Shown here: positions 36,073 to 48,618 of the stretch, piece after piece
Position numbering within the stretch: position 1 is the stretch's first letter
Layout of the letters: each line of letters opens with the position of its first letter
NCBI RefSeq assembly: GCF_963506605.1
Contig: NC_083277.1
Coordinates: forward strand, 4,030,001 to 4,094,000
Source: Zootoca vivipara
Lineage: Eukaryota
Direction of reading: 5' to 3'
Length of the DNA: 64,000 nt
Translations under genes and position numbers: made by a program
The notes under the pieces: model-generated
What the model saw: only the letters and a program-made list of their open reading frames with translations
Told to the model about the DNA's origin: nothing
Databases searched by the model: none

Positions 36073-36283
36073 TAGGGTTGCCAGACTCAATAGTGGACAG
36101 GACTTCTGTGCCTTTCATTGCCCTGCTCTCTTGAGTCTGGAAACGTTAAAGAGAAACCAGCAGACCCTTTGTTTAATTTCCAAGCAAAGGGTCTGCTGGT
36201 TTCTCTTTAAGGTTTCCAGACTCAAAAGAGCAGGGCAATTAAAGGCACAGAAGTCCTGTCCACTATTGAGTCTGTCCACCCTA
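36073..36283. mobile_element. Palindromic hAT-type MITE
   Basis: About 100-bp near-perfect inverted arms, TAGGGT termini, 8-bp TSD CACGGAAT/TACGGAAT. Confidence 0.85.
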
Positions 36284-37929
36284 TACGGAATCCATAGAGT
36301 TCCCCGCTTTGCAGATTCAACCAGTCTAACTCTGATCTTCTAAAACGTTAAGGGCTTCTCAAAACTTTAGTTGTTTTCTTTGCTCAACAGAGGGGTCCAT
36401 AAATAAAATCTTACCAGTAGAACCACCCCTTCCAATTTAGCCAGGGTTCTTTGAAGCATACAAATATTCAGGATAAACTCTGGTAGGAGTAGGAGGCCGC
36501 ATGCCTCGAGTTCATTACATGCACAATTAGTGCCAACTAATGTAGATCAATTCAATCGGCAGCTGTCTACTCTCTGCAATGCGTTAAAATATATCAAACA
36601 CTAATTTATTACCACAGGAAGGAAGGCGGAAATCCAGTTCAATGAGTGTTTTCATTTTGGAAATTTTAACCTACTTCTGGTCATATAATCGGATGCCTCT
36701 AGTTTTTAGGCCAGGGAAGAATTAAAACAATGCATGGCTCCATTTTGAGAACTGGATTTGGTGTTCATCCCAGAGTTTTAAAAAGTTACTTAAAGGGTGT
36801 GTGTGTTAAAATTTTGATTTTGAAATACAGTAGACACTAATAGCTAAAGAAATAAAGAAATTTCTACAATAAGCAATCATTGTGTGCCTGTGCATATTTG
36901 GGGCCAGGGGGAGGAGGTGGAAGGAAGGACTGAGGGGGTCTCAAAGAAAATAGCTGCTCCCTTCAGAGCTCAGACAGAAGGATAAGCAACATGGGATGAG
37001 GACAACATGGACAACATGGAAAGAGGCAGCTTTGCAGGGGTGGATTGGGACCACTGCTGTTTATTTTGGACATTTAATCTCCATTCAGTCAAATGATTTC
37101 TACACCAGTCAGATGGTTGGTGCTTTAAGGGAGCCCTTTGATGGCTGTGCAAATCCGCGGTTCTCCTCGTAAGTTGGGGTTTTCGGTTGTCGAAGCGCCG
37201 CTATGGCGCATGCACGAAGGGCGATTTCGCACTTCTGCGCATGCGCCGACTGCGCGTGCTGCTCTGTGCAGGCCCAGAATGCGTGTGCCGGGTGGACCTC
37301 CGGAGACGTCAACTTTGGAAGTCAAATTCTTCGGAAGTCGAAGCCTTCGGATGTCGAGGTATCACTGTATCTCCTTCACCAAGGAAGCAATTTGGATTCT
37401 CTCTTGCTGTCTGCCACAATATGGATACAGTAAATCTCTTCCATCTGCCTTACCAGGACAATCTGCACTGCCTCTTGGTCTGAGGGATTGTCTGTGGTGT
37501 TTTGACCAAAGAGCAGAGATTGGGTTGAGGGCACCAAGCTGCACTTCAGCTTCCCTCACTGAGCTGAGGGATGTGGTGGTGGTGGAGAACCGTCTCGTGA
37601 TGGTGTTTTACGTTTTACGAAAAATTCGTCTTGCGAATTGCGGTTTCCCATAGGAATGCATTGAAATTCAATTAATGCATTCCTATGGGCAAAAAAAGTA
37701 AAAAAAAAAATTCAGTGCATTCCTATGGGATTCGCTACACGAATTTTTCGCTATAAGAAAAGACCCGTGGAACGAATTAATTTCGCCTAGCGAGGCACCA
37801 CTGTATTGGAAGCCACCTAGAGTGGCTGGAGGAACCCAGTCAGATAGGCGGCATGTAAACAATAAATTTATGTATGTATGTACCGGTATGTATGAGATAG
37901 ATGACCCCCTTGTTTCTCCTTCCACCTTC

Positions 37930-40220
37930 TGGGAAATGAAATTGTTGGAGAAGCGATGGAGGAAATTGTTGGAACGATGAGAGAGAGAGAGAGAGATCCC
38001 GGGGGAGGGGGGCGTCCAGTTAGGCTGCACTACATTTTAATGGACTGCTTTGAAATAACTTCAGCAACAGATTTTTTTTGGGGGGGAATCACCCCCAACC
38101 GCCCTGTATTTTCCCAGAGAAAAAGGTTGCAACCCTTCTTTATGGGGTCCCGTGAAGCAGAATCTGCAATCAACCCACCACCTTATAAGTTTGGGTTGGG
38201 GGTGGGTGAGATACTGGCTCTTCAAGGGTTAAAGGCAGCGATTATATTACGACAGAGGACTTCCTGGGGGAGAGGGGAAGCGTCACTTCCTCCTCCGTTG
38301 GTCACATTTGAAAAGCTGCGAGGGAGGAGATTCGACAGAGCGGAAGACTGTGCCTTTGGTAAGGTAGGAAAAAGGGGGAGACTTTTTTGGAGGGAGGGAG
38401 GGGGTTCCCGTGTCAGAGCAGCTGCTTTGCAGGAAAGAAGCCTCCCTGGAGAGGGCAGTTTTGCAAAGGGGCAGCGGTGGGAGGGAGCATGTGTGGGGCT
38501 GCACCCCCATTTCAGTCCCGAAAGAGCTGTGGGGAGAGCAAAGGGCCTCGAGCGGTGCAGTGGCGTCCCAGGAGGAGAGCAAGGCAGGAAGGGGAGAGGG
38601 GCAGTTGTGGGGTGGAGTAGGAATCCCCGCAAAGGAAAGGAGGCAGGAGAAAGAGGGGTCAATGCTGGGTAGGGAGGGCAGGATTAGGCCAATGAAATGC
38701 CTATAATGAAAATGCCTGCAGGGCTTCTGAGGCTCCCTTTGCTTCTACCTTCCTCCCAGGAACCTGCAGCTTCTGAGCTCCTCGGGGAGGTTGAAAGAGG
38801 CTGGTCCTGCAAACCTAGAGAGGATGGAAGGAGGAAGATGGACGGTTGACCTGGTCAGGCTGTCTCCCACAACCTCTGAGTGTTCTCTCCCAGGACCCTC
38901 AGAGAGATCTGGTGAGTTCCAGGGAATGGAGATGAGGACCTGGGGAGATGTTGGGGGTGAGGAAACTCCCCTGGCAAGAAAACGAGGAAGGCTGCAGGGC
39001 AAGAGCTCCGGGTTGGCAGAGATAAAAGGTAGACAGAAAAGGAAATGTTTTTAATGGTGATGTGAAGAAGATTCATTTTCAAGCAGAACTCCTTTCTTTT
39101 CTGGTGGGGTTCAGAAGGAAGACACCCCACTTTTACCATGGAAGCTGAGTGGGAGCTCTACACATAAGGAGGCTTCCACAGCCTTCTTATGATCCATTTT
39201 CAGGTCACTGCTATGCCTGCCATGCCCTGAAGGCTGGAAGGAAGACCTGCGCTCTGCTGCAAGGCCCATTTCCACCTGCCCTAGCGGGTGGAGCCCAGGC
39301 TTCCCTTCAACAGCCAAAAGAGGTTCCTGGGAGGCCACTGGGACTTTGCTGGAACATCTCTTGGGTTGGGGAAAATGGCAAAAATGTTTTATAATGTTTA
39401 AAGCAGTTCTAGTTTTGGTTCCTCTGTTTTGTTTTCGTCAAGTTGGTGTTGGTTAAATGTTTATTTGGGGTTAGTGGTTATTTTAATTTATTAGGGGACC
39501 CAGGTGGCGCAGAGTCTAGGGCTTGCTGATCAGAAGGTTGGCGGTTCGAATCCCTGCAACGGGGTGAGCGCCTGTTGCTCGGTCCCAGCTCCTGCCCACC
39601 TAGCAGTTCGAAAGCACATCAAAGTGCAAGTATGTAAATAGGGACCGCTCCAGCGGGAAGGTAAACGGCGTTTCCTTGCGCTGCTCTGGTTCGCCAGAAG
39701 CAGCTTTGTCATGCTAGCCACATGACCCGGAAGCTATCTGCGGACAAACGGCGGCTCCCTCGGCATATAGAGCGAGATGAGCGCCGCAACCCCAGAAACT
39801 GTTTATTATTGCTGCTGTTATTGTTGTTGGTTTCTTTGTAGCCTGTATAGGATATTCTGTTTTTTATGTTTAATGTTTAGTTGTGTTTTCATATATGCTA
39901 AGCCGCACAGGGTGGCTGTGAGAAGCCAACCAGATTGCGGGATATAAAATATACTATATACCCCATTTGGGCTTCTGCAGGGGCAGGAGAATATCTAGGG
40001 CAGAGGAATCCCTGATGTTATTCTGAGGCTACTTTTAGTTCTCCCTCCCCTCCAAGGAACCTGCCACCAACCCGCTCACAGGTCCTTGTATGATCAGTGG
40101 AAACAGTTGGTCCTGGCAATTATTAACCACTCTCAATTCCAACCTGATAACTGCCACCTGCTTAGATTTATTTGGCCACTCTGGGTCTGGCCTCGGCTGG
40201 AGAGGGCGGGCTACAAAAAT

Positions 40221-40253
<33 letters not shown>

Positions 40254-40255
40254 TG

Positions 40256-40293
<38 letters not shown>

Positions 40294-41405
40294 TCCTGCA
40301 GACCTAGCGAGGATGGAAGGGGGACGATGGACGGTTGACCTGGTCAGGCTGTCTCCCACAACCTTCGAATGTTCCCTCCCAGGATCCTCAGTGGGATCTG
40401 GTGAGTTGCAGGGAATGGAGAGGGGGACCTGGGGAGATGTTGGGGGTGAGGAAGGCCCCCCCCCCCGGGCAAGAAAACGAGGAAGGTTGCAGGGCAAGCG
40501 TTCTGGGCTGTGAGAGATAAAAGGTAGAAAAGGAATGCTTTTCAATGGGTGTAGGATTTTTCTTGGGGGGCAAGACTTGGGGAGGCAGGACTTTTGTTAC
40601 GGGGCAGAACTAGCGTAATTGGTCAGATAAGTATTTCTAATGTTTTACTTGGTCTGGGGGCTGTCCCCCCCCCCCCTGGCTACACCCATGAATGCAGCGA
40701 CTTCCATAGTATAATGTCGTGTTGGGTCCTGATTCTGACAATGGCTAGTAGCTGCAGCGATTCCCAAATGAGGGACTGAATGGGCAGGTTTTTTCGGTTT
40801 GCAGCAGCCAAGTTGCCAGGTCAGCAGTGAGAGACTCGTGGGTCGTGGCAGCAGCACCTCTCTATCTCATGAAGCCATTTCCCTCAAACCGTGTCCTGCT
40901 GCCCTACATATGTGGCCTCAGGGGTGGGACGGGTGAGGATGTGACTGCAAAGGATATTATCAGGAGCCTGAAAGTGCAGCGCTGATTGTTCCTTGGCACT
41001 TGAGACTGTCAGTGCAGGTCAGCTGATGGTGGCTAATGGATTGAGGTTGAATCCTGACAAGACAGAAGTACTGCTTTTGGGGGACAGGGGACGGATTGGT
41101 ATGGTGACTCCCTGGTCCTGAACGGGGTATCTGTGCCCTTGAAGAACCAGGTGCACAGCCTGGGAGTCATTTTGGACTCACAGTTGGCCATGGAGGCGCT
41201 GGTCAATTCTGTGTCCAGGCCAGCTGTCTACCAGCTCCATCTTCCTTCCTTCCTTCCTTCCTTCCTTCCTTCCTTCCTTCCTTCCTTCCTTCCTTCAATA
41301 TAAGTTTGTGTGGAGTCTTGTCTTTTTGTATATGTATATGATTGTTATAATAAAAATAAAATGTGCCAGTGTGAGTAGATAAATAGGTACCGCTATGGCG
41401 GGAAG
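37930..41405 (+). pseudogene. Segmental duplicate of the G6 5' region (promoter, exon 1, exons 38760-38911 and 40302-40400) lacking a finger exon
   Basis: Colinear similarity to about 53170-60710 once TE insertions are removed; homology stops at about 41405. Confidence 0.75.
39494..39795 (+). mobile_element. Sauria SINE
   Basis: GGGACCCAGGTGGCGC...GGTTCGAATCCC...CTAGCAGTTCGAAAGCAC...; absent from the paralogous site near 57175. Confidence 0.85.
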
Positions 41406-41775
41406 TTATCTCCCGCTTGGACTACTGACATGCGTTTTACGTGGGGCTACCTTTGAAGGTGACCCGGAAACTACAAATAATCCGGAATGCAGCTTTTAGA
41501 CTGGTGACTGGGAGTGGCCACCGAGACCATATAACACCGGTCCTAAAGGATCTACATTGACTCCCAGTTTGTTTCGGAGCACAATTCAAAGCGCTGGTGC
41601 TGACCTTTAAAGCCCTAAATGGCCTTGGCCCACTATACCTGAAGGGGCGTTTCCGCCCCCATTGCTCAACCCCAGATATTGTGATACAGCAGTGAGAGTC
41701 TTCTGCTGGTTCCGTCATTGCCAGAAGCGAAGTTACAGGGAACCAGGCAGATGGCCTTCCCAGTGGTTGTGCCCT

Positions 41776-43367
41776 CCCTGTGGAATTATACCAGAAAGAT
41801 ATGGAGGTCTCGTACACCCCAGGTAGTGTGGTTGCTGACCATGAGCCAGACATCCTGGAGAGTGAAGTCAAATGGGCCTTAGAAAGCACTGCTAATAACA
41901 AGGCCAGTGGAAGTGATGATATTCCAGCTGAACTATTTAAAATTTTAAAAGATGATGCTGTTAAGGTGCTACACCCAATATGCCAGCAAGTTTGGAAAAC
42001 TCAGCAATGGCCAGAGGATTGAAGAAGATCAGTCTACATCCCAATCCCAAAGAAGGACAGTGCCAAAGAATGCGCCAACTACCGCACAATTGCCCTCATT
42101 TCACACGCTAGCAAGGTGTGAATTAAAATTCTGCAAAGCAGGCTTAGGCAGTATGTGGACCGAGAACTCCCAGAAGTGCAAGCTGGATTTCGAAGGGGCA
42201 GAGGAACCAGAGACCAAATAGCAAACATGCGCTGGATTATGGAGAAAGCTAAAGAGTTCCAGAAAAACGTCTACTTCTGCTTCATTGACTATGCAAAAGC
42301 CTTTGACTGTGTCGGCCACAGCAAACTATGGCAAGTTCTTAACGAAATGGGAGTGCCTGATCACCTCATCTGTCTCCTGAGAAATCTCTATGTGGGACAA
42401 GAAGCTACAGTTAGAACTGGATATAGAACAACTGATTGGTTCAAAATTGGGAAAGGAGTACGACAAGGTTGTATATTGTCTCCCTGCTTATTTAACTTAT
42501 ATGCAGAATTCATCATGCGAAAGGCTGGACTAGATGAATCCCAAACCGGAAATAAGATTGCCGGAAGAAATATCAACAACCTCAGATATGCAGATGACAC
42601 AACCTTGATGGCAGAAAGTGAGGAGGAATTAAAGAACCTTTTAATGAGGGTGAAAGAGGAGAGCGCAAAATATGGTCTGAAGCTCAACATCAAAAAAACC
42701 AAGATCATGGCCCCTGGTCCCATCACCTCCTTGCAAATAGAAGGGGAAGAAATGGAGGCAGTGAGTGATTTTACTTTCTTGGGCTCCTTGATCACTGCTG
42801 ATGGTGACAGCAGTCACGAAATTAAAAGATGCCTGCTTCTTGGGAGAAAAGCAATGACAAACCTAGACAGCATCTTAAAAAGCAGAGACATCACCTTGCC
42901 GACAAAGGTCCGTATAGTTAAAGCTATGGTTTTCCCAGTAGTGATGTATGGAAGTGAGAGCTGGACCATAAAGAAGGCTGATCGCCGAAGAATTGATGCT
43001 TTTGAATTATGGTGCTGGAGGAGACTCTTGAGAGTCCCATGGACTGCAAGAAGATCAAACCTATCCATTCTGAAGGAAACCAGCCCTGAGTGCTCACTGG
43101 AAGGACAGACCGTGAAGCTGAGGCTCCAATACTTTGGCCACCTCATGAGAAGAGAAGAATCCTTGGAAAAGACCCTGATGTTGGGAAAGATGGAGGGCAC
43201 AAGGAGAAGGGGACGACAGAGGACGAGATGGTTGGACAGTGTTCTCGAAGCTACGAACATGAGTCTGACCAAACTGCGGGAGGCAGTGCAAGACAGGAGT
43301 GCCTGGCGTGCTATGGTCCATGGGGTCATGAAGAGTCGGACACGACTAAACGACTAAACAACAACAA
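41776..43367 (+). mobile_element. BovB (RTE-clade) LINE, 5'-truncated, RT ORF 42155-43357
   Basis: FIDYAKAFD, GVRQGCILSP, LRYADDTTL; stops upstream of 42155; (CAA)n tail. Confidence 0.95.
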
Positions 43368-43539
43368 AGAGGCAATTCAAACAGCGGTCTGAGTTTTGCT
43401 TCAGGCTGGGAGAGAGATGCTGTAAAGATGGGTGCCACAATCAACTTCTTACTATGGATCATGGCATTTGGACAGCATAATCTGATAAAAAAAGAGATCC
43501 CTGTGATGACCTATTTTGAACCTGGTGCTAGTTCTTAGC

Positions 43540-43577
<38 letters not shown>

Positions 43578-44021
43578 TATTCTTACATCCTCATGCTTAA
43601 TGTAAAGATCAGCACAGTAATATTGTGTTTCAAGCAAACTTTATTGCATAGAAGCTACCGCATATACATTAGGGAACCGAATAGGATAACGATTTTTACT
43701 AGGGTTACATCCTTTTAACTACCAACTAGTTTACAAAAGGAAACAAAAATGAGCAACAGAAGGTACTTAAAGGGAAAAAAATGTTACAGCGGCATAAAGG
43801 TATTAGGGAAGTAATAATATTGGCTTACATCTATAATTAATAATAATAATATATTAATATATATTAATAATTATTAATATTCTGTTGGGAGCCACCCAGA
43901 GTGGCTGGGGAAATCTAGCCAGATGGGTGGGGTATAAATATATTATTATTATTATTAATCACTCAGCCCAAATCAAAGGAGCCCTCTATGCTTTTCATGG
44001 ATCTCAAGGAACCGGCTTTAT

Positions 44022-44190
44022 AGAATCATAGAGTTGGAAGAGACCACAAGGGCCATCCAGTCCAACCCCCTGCCAAGTAGGAAACACCATCAAAGCATTC
44101 TTGACATATGGCTGTCAAGCCTCTGCTTAAAGACCTCCAAAGAAGGAGACTCCACCACACTTCTTGGCAGCAAATTCCACTGTCGAACAG
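44022..44190 (-). mobile_element. CR1 3' end fragment
   Basis: Reverse complement of about 30767-30937. Confidence 0.85.
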
Positions 44191-44829
44191 CTTACTTATG
44201 CTTCCCTGGACGATGGACCAAGGAATGGGTGGGAGAGGTGCTGTAGCCTTGATGCCACAGGTTATTGATGGGGAGTTCTCAAGCAAAAGGCACAGCTCTC
44301 GGGATCTCGTTTCATTTAAGATAGATATTCCCTTCCCCTCCCTTTCATACTTGTAGTGTGGGTCTGTTGCCAAGTTGTCGCGCCAACTCGATATTCAGGC
44401 TTTTGGCATCAAAAGGGATCCTTTAACTCATTAGATTAAGGTGTCCAATATTTTTCTTTATTACCCTTGGGGCATAGGATTAAGGGTAAACAAATACAGT
44501 AGTCAGAACAGACACACCTTACAGAAAAAGACCCTAATAATAATCATAATCATAATAATACAATTAAATTAAAAGTGCAAGAAAACATCAAACATTAAAA
44601 ACTTCCCTGAACAGGGTTGCCTTCAGATGTCTTCTAAAAGTCAGGTAGTTGTTTATTTCCTTGACATCTGATGGGAGGGCGTTCCACCTCTAAGTAGTGG
44701 GTGTTGGTCATGCATGTGGGTTAATCTTTTCTGAATTCCTTGAAGACCAGCAAGAAATATGGGCACTTCTAACTTGATATTATTTCATTATGGTATCTCC
44801 ATTATATACAAGTTTGATGGAATATAAAG

Positions 44830-45229
44830 TGTCTTTTCACAATCCCAATATTTATGTGATTTCCCCCCTGTATATATATATTTTTGAAGATAAGTAAAAT
44901 GTGTCCACCACCTAAACCTTTTCCCACACTCCAACCATTTGTATGGTTTTTCTCCTCTGTGGATTTTCTGATGAGCAAGAAGATGTAAGTTGCAAGTAAA
45001 CCTCCTTCCACATTCAAAACATGCATGCAGTTTCTCCCCACTGTGAATTTTTTGATGTGTACTAAGGCTGAAGGTTTTCCCACACACAAAGCACTTATAT
45101 GGATCCTGTGATGGTAAGCAAGTTATGTGCTAGTACAGAAACTATTTCCACATGTCAAACAATTAACTGGTTGTTTCCTTTATGAATAAGTTCATGCACA
45201 GTAAGAAGCTCTTTCCACATTCCAAGCAT
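44830..45229 (-). pseudogene. Degenerate fingers beyond the G5 stop codon
   Basis: [42 protein letters not shown], a decayed duplicate of G5 fingers 10-13. Confidence 0.7.
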
Positions 45230-46695
45230 TTATGGCTTCTCCAGTGTGTGGATTCTCTTATGTGAAGTAAGGTGATGTCCATGAGCAAAGCTTTTTCCAC
45301 ACTCAGAACAGGTATATGGTTTTTCCCCTGTGTGAATTTTTAGATGCGATGTAAGGTGTGTGCTGCAAGTGAAGCTTTTTCCACACTCAAAACAGGTATA
45401 CGGTTTCTCCCCTGTGTGAGTTTTTTGATGATTTAAAAGCTTGACGTTCGTAGTGAAGCTCTTCCCACACTCAAAACATGCATGCAGTTTCTCCCCACTG
45501 TGAATTTTTCGATGCATACTAAGGCTTGAACTCTGGCTGAAGGTTTTACCACACTCAAAGCACTTATATGGCTTCTCCCCTGTATGGATCCTGCGATGGC
45601 AGATAAGCTCTGTGTTAGTACAGAAACTCTTTCCACACGTCACACACTTATATGGTTTTTCTCCTGTATGGAATCGCACATGCACAGTAAGGTGTGAACT
45701 CTGACTGAATCTCTTTCCACACTCCAAACATTCATATGGCTTCTCACCAGTGTGAGTTTTCTTATGTGAACTAAGGTGTGAACTCTGACTGAAACTCTTT
45801 CCACAATCCAAGCATTTATAAGGTTTCTCCCCTGTGTGGGTTCTCTTATGTGAAGTAAGGCTAGCACTGTGAGCAAAGCTTCTTCCGCACTCTGAACATT
45901 TATATGATTTCTCTCCTGTGTGAATCCTTTGATGAGATGTAAGGCTCGAGCTGTGAGCGAAGCTCATTCCGCACTCCAAACATTTATACGGCTTCTCCCC
46001 TGTGTGGATTTTTTGATGAACAAGAAGACCTTGGTTTTGACGGAAGCTCTTTCCACAGTCAAAACAGGTATACGGTTTCTCCCCTGTGTGAATTTTTTGG
46101 TGATACACAAGGTCTGAGCTCTTAGTATAGGCCTTTCCACAGTCAAAACAGGTATATGGTTTCTCTCCTGTGTGACATTTTTCATGATATACAAGGCCTG
46201 ATCTGGAAATGAAGCTTTTTCCACACTCAAAACAGGTATATGGGTCCACCCTGCTGTGGATTTCCTGATGCTGACTAAGGTATGAGTAGTCACTGAAACT
46301 CTTTCCACATTCTAGGCATTCGTAGGATTCCTGTCTTGCATGAATTCTTTTATGTGATTTTAGGCCTGAGCTGTCACTGAAGTTCTCTCCACACACCAAG
46401 CATTTACATGGTGTTTCCTCTGTGTGGATTCTGCAGGGTGAGTTCAAGCTAGATTTGAATGGTTTGTCACATGAAGGGCTATCATTTGTGCTCTTCCCCT
46501 TGTGATGTTTTTTCTGGACGGGGATTGGATGAACATTATCAGTCTGTGTTAGAAGGCCTATATTTCTCCCATTTTCTTCTAGGCTTTTCACCTGTGATCC
46601 TGTTTCCTCTTGATCTTGAAAGGTCCTTCCTTTGACTTCATGCTTGGTTCTTTCTGATGAGCCCCAAGAACGAGGACTGTCCTGTTCATCACCTG
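45230..46695 (-). CDS. C2H2 zinc-finger protein G5, finger exon (14 fingers)
   Basis: tttagcag NAGNAG acceptor, phase 1; open frame. Confidence 0.95.
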
Positions 46696-47634
46696 CTAAA
46701 ATTAAGGGAAGATTACAATTAAAAGTGTAATCCAAATTACAAATCTAGTGATAAGGTATGATGATGATTATGACGACGACGATGACAACAACAACAACAA
46801 TATTCATATCCCACACATCTGGCTTGGTTTCTGCAGTCACTCTGGGTGGCTTACAGCATATTTATAACAGAGTAAAACATAAAACATCACAAACGTCCTG
46901 GTACAGGGCTGCTGCGACGAAAGACCCTTGTTTTCATCTTATTTATTCTACCTCTCACTTATTGCAAGAACCAACAGGGATGGTCTGGGATAAACCGAGC
47001 CTCCCCCCTATTGCTCCCCTTAGCCTTTCTGTATTCCCTCATGCACTCGAGGGTTTTATTCTATTTCCTCTTCTTTTATACAAAAGAGAGTCCTCTTCCA
47101 GCACAACCGTGGCCAGGTACCTTTTAAAGTTCAGGGCTGTACCTGAGGCTATCCCTTGTGTCCACAGTATAGGGAGTTTTGCCTCTAAGAATCCCTTTCT
47201 GTAAAAGCTTGCCCCTTCCCTGGGGTAACTTTATGACACTCTAGGTCTGTCTGCCTGGCTTGCCCTCTTGGTGCACCTCAAAGATACAAACCAACAGTTC
47301 CACTCTTGAAGGAAATGATGTCTTTTTAATGGGTGTCCTCATGAATAAGTTTCATGTACCTCGGCTGGAAAATAACACAGACGATTTTCTGATTGGCACT
47401 TTAAGTGTTCTCGAAGCTACGAACATAAGTTTGACCAAACTGCGGGAGGCAGTGGAAGACAGGTGTGCCTGGCGTGCTCTGGTCCATGGGGTCACGAAGA
47501 GTCGGACACGACTAAATGACTAAACAACAACAACAAACACTGGAAATTTTATTTCTCAAGAATGTAAGGGTTGCTTTAAGGTATTCTTGTTGTACAAGCT
47601 TAGTTTCAATGGTAATAACCTTGTTACTCATGTA

Positions 47635-47822
47635 CAGTGGTACCTCGGTCTATGAACACAATTGGTTCCGGAAGTCTGTTCATAAACTGAAGCGTTCATA
47701 AACTGAAACAAACTTTCCCATGGAAAGTAATGGAAAGTGAATTAATCCGTTCCAGATGGGTCCGCGGCGTTCATAAACCGAAAAATCGTAAGCCGAGGTG
47801 TTCATAAACCGAGGTTCCACTG
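47635..47822. mobile_element. Tc1/mariner (Tigger-like) MITE
   Basis: TA-CAGTGGTACCTCGG...CCGAGGTTCCACTG-TA. Confidence 0.85.
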
Positions 47823-48618
47823 TACTAAAATACCTAACGACTACCTAACCTAAACCTACTCTCCTAGATCTTCTTTACAAGCACCCTCACATTCCTGCTC
47901 CCCAGCACCCTCTCAACTGACCAAACGGCTGTCCCTTCTCTTTAAACATTCAACCATTCCCCTCCCCTCCTGGAATGTCCAGTCAGTCGACAAGGAGTCC
48001 GAGTTAACCCTTGATGGGTCGGGTTGATAAAGCTATGACAAACAGCGTAAAAACGTCACAGCTGCCTTCAGATGTCTTCTAAAAATTATGTTCTTTATCT
48101 CCTTGACACCTGAAGGGAGGGCATTTCATAGGGACAGCACCACTCCTGAGAAGGCCTTTTGTCTGGTTCCCTGTAACTTTCCTTTGCGCAGTGAGGGAAC
48201 AAGCAGGAGACCCTGGGAGCTGGACCTCGGTGTCTGGGGTTGAGCGATGGGGGTGGTGATGCTCCTTTGGGTCTACAGGGCCAAGCCGTTTAGGGCAGGG
48301 GTCAGCAAACATTTTCAGCAGGGGGCTGGTCCACTGTCCCTCAGACCTTGTGGAGGGCCGGACTATATTTTGAAAAAAAAAAAAAAAGAACAGATTCCTA
48401 TGTCCCACAAATAACCCAGAGATGCATTTTAAATAAAAGGACACATTCTACTCATGTAAAAATATGCTGATTCCTGGACCATCTGTAAAGGCCAGCACCA
48501 ACACTTTGAGTTGCGCTTGGAAACATACTGGGAGTCAAAGCATTGCAGTAGTCCAAGTGGGAGATAAGCAGAGCATGTACCACAGTCTGTGTGCAGGCAG
48601 GGTTTCAGCCTGCGTACC

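Noticed and set aside
37956-38672. 238-aa and other GC-rich ORFs in promoter regions
   Set aside because: Frames are not conserved between the paralogous promoter copies and show no domain motifs.
42155-43357. BovB as a novel horizontal transfer
   Set aside because: BovB in squamates is well established; this is an ordinary truncated copy.
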